Shown: positions 47,488 to 59,762 of the stretch, piece by piece
Position numbering within the stretch: the first letter of the stretch is position 1
Layout: every line of letters starts with the position of its first letter
DNA from: Kofleriaceae bacterium
GTDB lineage: Bacteria > Myxococcota_A > Polyangia > Haliangiales > Haliangiaceae
Assembly: GCA_965215005.1 (NCBI GenBank)
Contig: CBDCCZ010000001.1
Span: 32,001 to 96,000, forward strand
Direction of reading: 5' to 3'
DNA length: 64,000 nucleotides
Notes under the pieces: generated by a model
What the model was told of the DNA's origin: nothing
Database searches by the model: none
The model's input: the letters and a program-made list of their open reading frames with translations, nothing else
Position numbers and translations under genes: made by a program

Positions 47488-50400
47488 CTACTCGACGAGC
47501 AACGGGCGCCGGAAAACCTCCACCCACGCGTCGCTTGCCGGCTGATCGATGACCCAGCTCGACATCACGACCTCATCGCCCGCGAGCGCTGCGGCGGCAT
47601 AGAAGCCGTAGCCACCGCGAAACGGTACGTCGTCGCCCGCGATCACGTCGCGACTCCAGGTGCCATCGGGGGCGCGCCGCGCGAGCAAGAGCTCATGGCT
47701 GGTCGCGTCCTGATACGCCACCACGGGGCCGGCGGGCCCGAGCACCAAGCTCGAGTCCTCGCCGACGAAGTGCAGCTCGGGGGTGGGCTCGGCGGCGCCC
47801 TCTTTGAGAACCTTGCGATAGCCGTCGTCGATGAGCTCGATTGAGCGATCGGCCGTGTTGATGTAGAAGAGGTCGTCGCTGGTGGCATTGACGTAGGTGA
47901 CGTGGATGACATCGTCGGCGCCCACCGCAATGCTGGGATACCAGCCGACGTCGGCGGACTCGCCATCGAGCACCTCGGGCGTGGTGAACACGCCGGCGAC
48001 CGGATCGAAACGCGCCAGCATCAGATCGCCCTGTTGTCGACTGTAGTAAGCGATGACCGGGCTCTGATCGGCGAGTCGTGCGGCATCGATGAAGAGGCCG
48101 GTGCCCGCGGGGATCGGAAACACGTCGCCCTCATCCGCGGCCGGCACCGTTGCTTCATCGACCACCCAAATCTGCCAATCGGCAGCGCTGGTGGGCGTTG
48201 CCGTCTGCGCCGAGGCGTAGCGCAGCTCGTTTCGCAGAGTTCCGTCGTCTGCGGTCACCTGCGCGAAGTACGCGATGCCCGGGCGGCCATCGTCACTGCG
48301 CAGAGTCAGGGAGGTATACAAGCCCGCCAGCTCCGCACCGCCTTCGTCGACGACGTGACTCTGCCAAACGCCACCGTAGTTGCCGATGAGGCGCAGCGCC
48401 CCCGCGTCGGCATCTAGGTAGCCAATGAGCACGGTGCCATCGGGCGCAACCGCGATGCTGGTGTGCTTACCGACATCGGGTCCCTTGGCGAAAACGCCGC
48501 CACGCACCTCAGACTGCGGCAGCACCACCGGCCCTTCCGGAACCCCGTCGATAAATTGCCAGCTTTCGCTTGAGATGCGGCCGGCACCTGCAACCTGCGC
48601 AACCATTAGATCGCCGTGGGTGGCGTTGTAGGCTGAAATCCACGCCGAGCCATCGGTGGCTACGGCGAGGTCTGAAAACTGGCCGACGTTGCCGTAGGTG
48701 ACGTCTTCGGCGCAGACGCATTGCTCCTGGAAGCACAGCGGGAACGTGTTCGTAGGGCACATCGCGGCGCAGTCCGCGTCGATGGCGCACATCGGCTCGG
48801 CATCAGAGGAGCTCGAGCCGCCGCAGCCGGATTGCAACGAGACGAGCGCCGCCAACAGCACGGTGAGGCTGCGTTTGACCCGCACGCCGCGCAGCGGGCG
48901 CCGTCGCAGAAAGAACATCGTGAAGGCGACCAAGAGCGCCAACACCGCGTGGCCACTGGCGCTGTCGCTGCGCGCATCGCAGTTGCAGCCGCCGCCATCA
49001 CCACCGCCGTGAAAGCCCGCAATCGGGGCCAAATCGAGCTCTTCGCGGCCTTCGTTGCCGCTGGAGTCGCGGGTCCAAACGGCAATGCGAGTGCCGGCGG
49101 CAATGCCTTGCAGCACGGTTTTCTCGATCGAGGTCTCATGTTGCCACTCGGTTGCCGGGCGATCGTCCTCAGGGCGGCCAAACGCCAGCTCGATCTCGTC
49201 GGCTTCGGCGACGAGGTCGGTGACCGGAAAACGAATCGCGTCGCCCTCTACCTCAATGCGATCGGTAAGTAGCTTGGGCGGAACCGAATCGATGATGACC
49301 GGCAGCGTCGTGCCGGCATCTTCGATGGTGCGATAGTCGCCGACCACCCGCGCCCGCAGCTCCAGCTGATAGCGACCCTGCCAAGCCAGCGCGCGGTCGG
49401 AAATGATCAATGGTGTCTGCTGGCTGAATGGACGATTCATTCCGCCATCGAGATTCCAGGTCCATTCGAGCGGCCGCCCGAGCGCGTCGGTGGCGTCGAC
49501 GTCGACGGTGATGGTTGGCAGCCGGCCTTCGGACGTTCCGGTGAAGAATCCGCGAACGATTTCTGGCGTGGGCACGTCGACGGCAGCGATCGCAGCGCGC
49601 GCGCCCGATACTTTCGGCGGCGCTGGTGCGGCGGCGAGCTCTGCAACGCGCGCGGTCAGATGCGCAAGTCGCGCCGGCTCTGCGGCTTGCGTGGGCACCG
49701 CTTGCGCAACGCTGTCGAGAAGCGCTGCGTTGGCGCCAAGACTCGCGTAGATGGCTAAGAACGTATCTTCGCTGGTTTGGACTTTCTGCAGGCGCAGGTC
49801 CGAGAGCGTGAAGCCTGCGATGTTTGGCAAGGTGAGGGCGCCGAGACCATCGGCGATGAGCGGCACGGCCAGGTCGAACACCGACGGCAGCACTTGCTCG
49901 AGCGTCGCCTTGTCCTCGCGGACGAACTCACTGTTGAGAACCTCGAGCGTGATGTTCTCGGTCTCGAGGCCAACCAGGGTGGGCATAATCGCGGGATTGC
50001 CCATTGCATCGGTGGTGAACTCGATATTGACGCCAACGTTCATCGATAGCTTGAGCGTAAAGCCGCGAACGAAGCGTTCGAACAAGAAGGCGTAGAAGTC
50101 GACCTCGAAGTTCTCGAGATGAATGGTGAGCGCTGGCGATTCGGCGGTGCCGTCACCGACGGTGAAGTCAGCTGGCTTTTGCGGTCGAGTGACGAGCAGC
50201 AGTGGGTCAGTTCCCTCGTCATTGCCGAGCTCCGATAGCGACGGCACGAGGATACCGATGGTCCCCAGGTTGAGCTGCTTGACCAAGCTCGTGCCAACGC
50301 CCAAACACAAGGCGCCCGAGGTGTAGGCGTGATGCGCGCCAAGGTCCAGTACGGTCTCGGAAACGCCAATCGCAACGTCTGAGGCGGGATCGGGCGCACC

Positions 50401-51471
50401 GAGGAACTCATCGGCTGGCGGCAGCTCGAAGGCGCCGCGCGCGTTGCGCGTGAGCGATGCGGGCGGGGCGGAGAAGTCGGGCGCTGCCACGCCGGGCACG
50501 CAGCGCACCGACTCATTGTCTTCTTCCTCGGAGCGCGTGGTGGGGTCGGCGTCGGCGTTGAGGCCGGTGACCATGCCGAGCGAAAGGCCGCCACCGGTGA
50601 GGCGGGCGTAGCCGCCGGGCACGCCGCGGACCTCCACCATCGCTTCGGTTCCGGGCGAGATTCCAGAGAGAATGGCGCCGACGTCGATGCGGCCCTCGAG
50701 GCCGAGCGGGGTCGGCAGAAATCCCTGCAACAGGTTGTTGATCGCCGGGCGCAAGACATTAAGCAGGAAGTCGCCGAGGAACGAGTTGATCACGCCCTCG
50801 AAGATATCGGCAACCACGTTGAGCACGGCGCGGGTGAGACCGCCGCCACAGCCCTGCACGTCCTCAAAGTCGACGCGGATGTCGGTGTTGTTGATCGACG
50901 CTAGGTCGATACCAACCTCGCCGGTCTCAGGCGATACGCTGAGCCGAATGTCACCATCGAGAGCGATGTCGGGAAATCGCATGGCGACGCGACATTCGCC
51001 ATCGAGGAGCCCCCAAAGCGCCTTCCATTTCAGCGACAGGGTGGTCGCGGCGGTGAACTCTGCGGCCACGCGCAACGTGTCTTCCCGATCCGCCACCGGC
51101 GAGGCCTCGGCGCTGGCGACCTCGAGCGAGATACGGCATCCAGGGCTGCAAGAGCCGTCCGCCTCATAGCAGATGGTGCCGTCGATGACGTCGCTGCTCA
51201 CCACTGAGCTTTCCGGCAGACAAAAGCCGCCACCGAGCACGTCGCGCACCGCCGCGGGTATTAGCGAGGTGATCTTCTCGAGGCCGGAGCGGGTCACGCG
51301 CACCTGCGCGCCGCCTTCGATGGTTTGGTCGGCGGGGAGGCCGCCTTCGGGCAGCGGCTCGATGCCGCACCCGCACCCGCTTCCGAGCCCGCCGAGCTCG
51401 CCGCAGGCGCCGAGCCCCACGAGCAAGACGAGCGATGAAATCCAGTTCCCCCAGCGTTGGCGAAAAAACAT
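47488..51471 (-). CDS. Large lipoprotein: BPI/LBP-like region, Ig-like domain, internal MYXO-CTERM, second lipobox, Cys-rich segment, beta-propeller-like C-terminus
   Basis: Lipobox LGAC; GGGCNCD..AVLALLVAFTMFFLRRR; LLAALVSLQSGC; repeated G.(F/H/Y/W).S.A blade-like motifs; start uncertain (51471 or 51543). Confidence 0.8.
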   Translation of the reverse strand: MFFRQRWGNWISSLVLLVGLGACGELGGLGSGCGCGIEPLPEGGLPADQTIEGGAQVRVTRSGLEKITSLIPAAVRDVLGGGFCLPESSVVSSDVIDGTICYEADGSCSPGCRISLEVASAEASPVADREDTLRVAAEFTAATTLSLKWKALWGLLDGECRVAMRFPDIALDGDIRLSVSPETGEVGIDLASINNTDIRVDFEDVQGCGGGLTRAVLNVVADIFEGVINSFLGDFLLNVLRPAINNLLQGFLPTPLGLEGRIDVGAILSGISPGTEAMVEVRGVPGGYARLTGGGLSLGMVTGLNADADPTTRSEEEDNESVRCVPGVAAPDFSAPPASLTRNARGAFELPPADEFLGAPDPASDVAIGVSETVLDLGAHHAYTSGALCLGVGTSLVKQLNLGTIGILVPSLSELGNDEGTDPLLLVTRPQKPADFTVGDGTAESPALTIHLENFEVDFYAFLFERFVRGFTLKLSMNVGVNIEFTTDAMGNPAIMPTLVGLETENITLEVLNSEFVREDKATLEQVLPSVFDLAVPLIADGLGALTLPNIAGFTLSDLRLQKVQTSEDTFLAIYASLGANAALLDSVAQAVPTQAAEPARLAHLTARVAELAAAPAPPKVSGARAAIAAVDVPTPEIVRGFFTGTSEGRLPTITVDVDATDALGRPLEWTWNLDGGMNRPFSQQTPLIISDRALAWQGRYQLELRARVVGDYRTIEDAGTTLPVIIDSVPPKLLTDRIEVEGDAIRFPVTDLVAEADEIELAFGRPEDDRPATEWQHETSIEKTVLQGIAAGTRIAVWTRDSSGNEGREELDLAPIAGFHGGGDGGGCNCDARSDSASGHAVLALLVAFTMFFLRRRPLRGVRVKRSLTVLLAALVSLQSGCGGSSSSDAEPMCAIDADCAAMCPTNTFPLCFQEQCVCAEDVTYGNVGQFSDLAVATDGSAWISAYNATHGDLMVAQVAGAGRISSESWQFIDGVPEGPVVLPQSEVRGGVFAKGPDVGKHTSIAVAPDGTVLIGYLDADAGALRLIGNYGGVWQSHVVDEGGAELAGLYTSLTLRSDDGRPGIAYFAQVTADDGTLRNELRYASAQTATPTSAADWQIWVVDEATVPAADEGDVFPIPAGTGLFIDAARLADQSPVIAYYSRQQGDLMLARFDPVAGVFTTPEVLDGESADVGWYPSIAVGADDVIHVTYVNATSDDLFYINTADRSIELIDDGYRKVLKEGAAEPTPELHFVGEDSSLVLGPAGPVVAYQDATSHELLLARRAPDGTWSRDVIAGDDVPFRGGYGFYAAAALAGDEVVMSSWVIDQPASDAWVEVFRRPLLVE

Positions 51472-51657
51472 GCGAACGAGGCCTCCCTGGCGACGCGTTC
51501 CCGACGCGCAACCCGTTTCCGTGATGCCGTAAAGCGGGTTCATGATAGCCGAGGTAGTCCTGGGTGGGAACGACGATCATGAGCGCTAGCTCATTAGAAT
51601 GACGGATGAATCTAGGGGGGTCCGGCCACTGACATGTAGGTCGTGGCTCGCAGACTC

Positions 51658-51686
51658 TTGACACTGGAGCGCCACCCGGATATCAA
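51658..51686 (+). promoter_or_regulatory. sigma70-type promoter for the tRNA pair
   Basis: TTGACA-17-TATCAA. Confidence 0.7.
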
Positions 51687-51708
51687 ACCCGCCGGTCTCA
51701 TGACCTAA

Positions 51709-51782
<74 letters not shown>

Positions 51783-51815
51783 CTGCCAGTACCTTGAAAA
51801 CCGAATCGAGCCCGT

Positions 51816-51888
51816 GGGGGTATAGCTCAATTGGTAGAGCATCGGACTCTTAATCCGCTGGTTGAAGGTTCGAGTCCTTCTACCCTCA
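51816..51888 (+). tRNA. tRNA-Lys (anticodon CTT), CCA not encoded
   Basis: GGGGGTA/TACCCTC acceptor, loop CTCTTAA, GAAGGTTCGAGTCCTTC T-arm. Confidence 0.95.
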
Positions 51889-51899
51889 CCCAAGACGAC

Positions 51900-51930
51900 A
51901 CGCCGGGGCCTTCGGGTCCCGGCGTTGTTG
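51900..51930 (+). terminator. Hairpin terminator after the tRNAs
   Basis: ACGCCGGGGCC-TTCG-GGTCCCGGCGT then TGTTG. Confidence 0.7.
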
Positions 51931-51944
51931 CCCGGCGTTATTGC

Positions 51945-52580
51945 TCATTGCATCACGCCCAGCACGAACAATAGGTTGAGGTCCCAGCTCTGATAGTCGA
52001 GGTTGGAGTCGCCGTTGTCCTCGCTGTGAAACGCAATGGGGAGCCCCAACTGGGCGCCTAAGATGGTGTTGCCGTGCTCGAACGCAAACACCACCCCCGG
52101 ATCGATCAGGAAGCCCCAGCTGTCTTCGGTCTCGTCGTAGTCGACGATGTCGACTTGCGTGTTGAGCGTGACGTATTCGACGCCGGCGGCGAGCCGCCCG
52201 GCGATGAGCAAGTTTGCTGTCGGGCGCGTTGCCACCCGCAGGCCGCCCGTGCCGCGGAAGCGATTGGCGGAGAAGTCGGCGCCGACGTCGGTACCTGGAA
52301 CATTGATCTCTGAGTTCTCGAGGTGTAGCGGGCTCCACCCCAAGCCGATTTCGAAGCCAAGCAGAGGGCCTTCGTCATCGTCGCCATAGGAGCCGAGGCG
52401 CAGCCCGAGCTCGAAGCTGGTGTCAACGGCGGCGTCGTAGTCATCATCGTCCAGTGGTTGTGCGATACCCGCCGCGATTTCCGCAAATCTCTCCGCGTGA
52501 GCGGTTGATGCATGAAGCGTAGTAGCCACGCCGCCGAAGAAGACGGCGCAGGCGGTGATCGCGCACGAAGTAGTCCGCAT
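51945..52580 (-). CDS. Outer-membrane beta-barrel protein (8-strand OMP-like)
   Basis: Signal peptide ending AHA, alternating amphipathic strands. Confidence 0.7.
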   Translation of the reverse strand: MRTTSCAITACAVFFGGVATTLHASTAHAERFAEIAAGIAQPLDDDDYDAAVDTSFELGLRLGSYGDDDEGPLLGFEIGLGWSPLHLENSEINVPGTDVGADFSANRFRGTGGLRVATRPTANLLIAGRLAAGVEYVTLNTQVDIVDYDETEDSWGFLIDPGVVFAFEHGNTILGAQLGLPIAFHSEDNGDSNLDYQSWDLNLLFVLGVMQ

Positions 52581-52855
52581 ACGCTGGACGGTACAGTGCT
52601 GCCGCCTCGGCTGCGACACACCGCCGCACGTATCGCTGAACCCGCTGTTTATTAACCGCAAAAAGAGACCGCGGCGTGTGTGTCCTAAGTACTTGTGGCG
52701 GAAGCCGTGAGCCGCTAGAAAACGACGAGCGACGGGGGAGACGCCGGAAGGAAGCGCCAGCTGCGGCTCGCGTCGGACCTCGCCCCGCATCGGTCGGGCG
52801 AGTCGCCTGATGATGACTAGAGGCGCAGCGGCTGCCGCGGTATCCTGCGAGAGTC

Positions 52856-53734
52856 ATGCAGTTGTTACGAGATATCGTTGATTACATAGAAGCGAACGCC
52901 GAGACCATTGCGATCACCTTGGCCACTGTGTTGGGCATCTTCATCGCGTCGTACATCGCGGCAAAGATGTTCTCTAAAGCAGCCGGGCGCGCGGTGCGTC
53001 GCGGTCACGACATGCGTCGCAAGACGCTGGCGCCCATCATCGAGACGCTGGTGTTCGCGGTGATCCTCGGCGCTGGCGCCATCATGGCGCTCGATGAGGC
53101 TGGGTTGAATGTTGCCACCATCTTGGCTGGCGCCGGTATCATCGGTTTGGCAGTCGGCTTCGGCGCTCAAACCTTGGTGAAAGACTGCATTAGCGGCTTC
53201 TTCCTAATTCTCGACGGCGTCATCGCCGAAGGCGACATCGCCCAAATCGGCGACAAATCCGGCACCGTTGAGCGCGTCGGGCTGCGCGTCACCCAGGTGC
53301 GAAGCTATAATGGAACACTTTGGTACGTTCCCAACGGCACAATCGAGGTCGTGGGCAACTTCACCCGCGGCTGGATGCGCGCCATTATCGAAGTTGGGCT
53401 CGCCTACGAGCAGGATGTGAGCAAAGGCCTGCGCGTGCTCGAAGAGGTGGGCGCGCAGTGGGCCGCCGACCACCCTGAGATCGTCCTCGATCCGCCCGAA
53501 GCTCAAGGTGTCCTCGGCCTCAACTCCTCCGACGTGAGCGTGCGCCTAGTGGTCAAAGTCGACAATTCCAAAGCCGCCGTGTGGGGCGCCGAGCGTGAGC
53601 TACGCAAGCGCGTAAAAGCCGCCTTCGACGCCAGCGGAGTCGAAATCCCCTTCCCCCGCTCCGTCGTCTATCACCGCCAAGAAGACGGCGACGGCCTCCG
53701 CATCGTCGCAGACCCCAAGTCCGACGCCGCCTAA
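52856..53734 (+). CDS. mscS: Small-conductance mechanosensitive channel (YbiO-like)
   Basis: AGAGIIGLAVGFGAQTLVKD.ISG, GTVERVGLR.T, VPNG, EIPFP. Confidence 0.93.
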   Translation: MQLLRDIVDYIEANAETIAITLATVLGIFIASYIAAKMFSKAAGRAVRRGHDMRRKTLAPIIETLVFAVILGAGAIMALDEAGLNVATILAGAGIIGLAVGFGAQTLVKDCISGFFLILDGVIAEGDIAQIGDKSGTVERVGLRVTQVRSYNGTLWYVPNGTIEVVGNFTRGWMRAIIEVGLAYEQDVSKGLRVLEEVGAQWAADHPEIVLDPPEAQGVLGLNSSDVSVRLVVKVDNSKAAVWGAERELRKRVKAAFDASGVEIPFPRSVVYHRQEDGDGLRIVADPKSDAA

Positions 53735-53931
53735 ACCGCCGTTTCCCCGAGCAGCATTCGAGCCGGCACTAGGCGCGGCAACGCGCCCGCCGCTCATGCC
53801 ACGCGCCGTGTATTCGGCCTTGGCGCGTTACTTCTGCGCAGCCGCATCGGAGTTAAACGAGGCGGTACCACGTGTAGTGATGTCCTTTGCGGCGTTGCAG
53901 ACGCGAAGGCACGCGCTGCATACTCTGCCGC

Positions 53932-54093
53932 ATGTTGAGTACCGCTTGGATGCATCCTGGGCATGGGCACGTGCCTCCTGAGTCGGCGGCGCATTGGCTC
54001 GTTGAGCCTGTGCACGCGATCTTGCTCGTCGCGTTGCTTGGTGCCGCGACCGCTGGATTGGCTGTGTTCCGAACCCGGCGTTTTCGGCAATAG
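53932..54093 (+). CDS. Small His-rich single-TM protein (53 aa)
   Basis: MLSTAWMHPGHGHVPPESAAHWLVEPVH plus hydrophobic helix and basic tail; TACTCT 5 nt before the ATG. Confidence 0.55.
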   Translation: MLSTAWMHPGHGHVPPESAAHWLVEPVHAILLVALLGAATAGLAVFRTRRFRQ

Positions 54094-54248
54094 CTCGAAG
54101 AAAGAGCCGGAGCCGTGGCGAGAGCTGGCCTACGGTCGCGCATAGGCTGCTGTCTGATGAGGCGCCGAGGGCGCCGCGAAGCGAGGCCGAGCGGGGCTCG
54201 ACCGGCTTCAGCGGCGATGTTTCGGTCGGAGGGCTCGGCGGTGGCGGA

Positions 54249-55427
<1,179 letters not shown>

Positions 55428-55454
55428 CGTCAATCCTTTCTTCGTGTGGACGGC

Positions 55455-57824
<2,370 letters not shown>

Positions 57825-58033
57825 GGGTCCTCTGCCGTTGGTGTTGCGTTGGTGGAACATCGAAGAAAGAGAGGGACGATACCGTATGAGTGGCGCTCGC
57901 CTAAGTCTCCACGGGGCGCTTACCCCCGCCCTGAGGACCTGCGACCCGTCGATCATCCGCGTAACTAGCTGTGTTTGTTTTCATTTTTGCTGGTCTTCTG
58001 ATTGCAATTCCGGCCGGCGGGGAGAATTGCGAC

Positions 58034-58855
58034 ATGACCAGCACCGTGATCGACGTGGCCGCATCGACGAACCGCAAGTCCGGCGGCCGCACCGCCAAAC
58101 CGAAGCCAGGCGGCAAGAAAACCGCCGCCAAGCCGCCGCGTTCCAGCTCGAGCTTGGCGCCGTGGGTGCTGACGCTCGCCTTGGCCGCAGGGGCGGGAGG
58201 CGGTGGCTATTACCTATATGAGAAGTACCAGCTCACCCGCGATAGCCTCGCCCAGTCGCGGGCTGAGCTCGCGGTAGCGCATCGCCGCGCCGCCGCCGCA
58301 GACGCGCGGGTCATGGAGGTCCGAGCCGAGCTGTCGCGCGCAGAAGGTGAGTTCGCGCAACAGCAGCAGCTCGCCAAGGAACAGAAGCAGCTGGCCCAAG
58401 CCAAAGCCGCCGAAGCAGATGAGCTCGCCAAGCAGCTAGAGACGCTCATTTCGAGTGATCAGGGCGAGGTCACGAGCGAGGATGGCAGGATTCGCCTGCA
58501 GCTGCTCGACCGGGTGTTGTTCCGCTCGGGCGAAGCCGAGCTCACCGCTCGTGGCAAGCTCGTAATCGGCAAGCTCGGCGAAGCGCTCAATAAGTTTCCC
58601 GATAAGCAAGTGTGGGTGCAGGGACATACCGACACGGTTCCCATCGCGACCGCGGATTTCGCCAGCAACTGGGAGCTAGCGTCGGGACGAGCCCTCAATG
58701 TGGTGCACTACCTCCAGGATGACGTGGGGGTCGAGCCGAGCCGCATGGCCGCGGTTGCCTTCAGTCAATATCGGCCGGTCTCTAACCGCCACAAGTTCAA
58801 GAACCGCCGCATCGAGATCGTTCTCTACCCGAGAGAGATGAAGGTGGCCGACTGA
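58034..58855 (+). CDS. OmpA/MotB-family peptidoglycan-binding membrane protein with coiled coil
   Basis: TM plus coiled coil; VLFRSG, GHTD, NWELASGRA, NRRIEI. Confidence 0.9.
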   Translation: MTSTVIDVAASTNRKSGGRTAKPKPGGKKTAAKPPRSSSSLAPWVLTLALAAGAGGGGYYLYEKYQLTRDSLAQSRAELAVAHRRAAAADARVMEVRAELSRAEGEFAQQQQLAKEQKQLAQAKAAEADELAKQLETLISSDQGEVTSEDGRIRLQLLDRVLFRSGEAELTARGKLVIGKLGEALNKFPDKQVWVQGHTDTVPIATADFASNWELASGRALNVVHYLQDDVGVEPSRMAAVAFSQYRPVSNRHKFKNRRIEIVLYPREMKVAD

Positions 58856-59040
58856 AGTGAGTCGGTGGCTCCCTATGCCGCACCATTGCGCAACGCTCCT
58901 GTGTCAATTCGAACGCGTTGCGTTCTAAGCCCATCGCGCAGCCGTCGCGTCTAGCTGCACAGCCAGGACATCCGAAGAGCCACAGCACGCAAGGCTGACA
59001 CGCCCAGTATTGGCGTGAAGCAGGCTCGGCTTAGATCGCG

Positions 59041-59562
59041 CTATTGCTGGGCGAAACCGCCAGCCTCTCGCAGGCTTGGCTTGCAGAGGCCCCACAGCCG
59101 CTGCACCGCGGCGGCGTCGGTGGCGTCGGGCGCATACGAGAGGTTTGCTTGGTTCATGACCGAGTGGCGCAAACCATCCTGGATATGCCGCAAACCAAAC
59201 GCGTGCCCGAGCTCGTGCGCGATCGTGATCGTACGACCGCGGGACGAGCCTAATCGGCGATTCACGACGATCTCGCCGAGCGCATCATCATAGAGCCCGA
59301 AGAAGACCGGAGCGGCGTCTTCGAAGCGTAGTGGCAGGATCGCCGCGGCGTGCGTTTCTCCCACGCGCAGTTGCACCACGCCGGTCGTGTTCCACATCGC
59401 GACGGCTTCGTCGATGCTGGCCAGTTCTGCGGCGGTTGCATCCGCTGCCGGCACCACGTTTACGGGCTCGCAAGCGTCGAAAACCACTTCGAAGGGGCCA
59501 CTTTCAGACGGGCTGGTACATGCCGAGGCGGTGAACACTGCAACTGCGATGGCCAAACGCAC
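59041..59562 (-). CDS. Matrixin/metzincin-like zinc metalloprotease lipoprotein
   Basis: Lipobox ASAC; HELGHAFGLRH; SVM Met-turn. Confidence 0.85.
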   Translation of the reverse strand: MRLAIAVAVFTASACTSPSESGPFEVVFDACEPVNVVPAADATAAELASIDEAVAMWNTTGVVQLRVGETHAAAILPLRFEDAAPVFFGLYDDALGEIVVNRRLGSSRGRTITIAHELGHAFGLRHIQDGLRHSVMNQANLSYAPDATDAAAVQRLWGLCKPSLREAGGFAQQ

Positions 59563-59681
59563 AGAACAGCCAGATTATCACCTGTGGCAGCTTTGCACTA
59601 GCGAAAAATCTCTGCAGTTTCAGGGGTATGTAGGTTCAGTATGCATACTTGACACAACCCCGAATTTCCTGCCGTGGGGGT

Positions 59682-59697
59682 AGGCATGGCGGCTGCA
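59682..59697 (+). promoter_or_regulatory. sigma54-like promoter
   Basis: AGGCATggcggCTGCA (GG-N10-GC); palindrome AGTATGCATACT at 59638-59649 upstream. Confidence 0.5.
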
Positions 59698-59762
59698 CAG
59701 TGCGAGGCCGGACGGTAACCGCAGCCAACGCAAAACTGAGAGACGAATCGGAGGCAGATGAT

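Noticed and set aside
52740..52760. CCGGAAGGAAGC resembling SRP RNA helix 8
   Set aside because: Lacks the flanking CAGG and AGCAG and the long enclosing stem
51889..52855. Possible genomic island inserted at the tRNA 3' end
   Set aside because: No integrase, no att duplication and no obvious compositional shift
54112..54190. Hammerhead-ribozyme-like element (hairpin, CTGATGA, GGCGCC-GAG-GGCGCC)
   Set aside because: Stem II is followed by GCGAAG rather than GAAA and there is no UH cleavage site before stem I; at best degenerate. An Rfam cmscan hit would overturn this
58856..59040. Convergent intergenic region with several short hairpins as a possible ncRNA
   Set aside because: Stems of 5-6 bp are expected by chance at this GC content; no promoter or known motif
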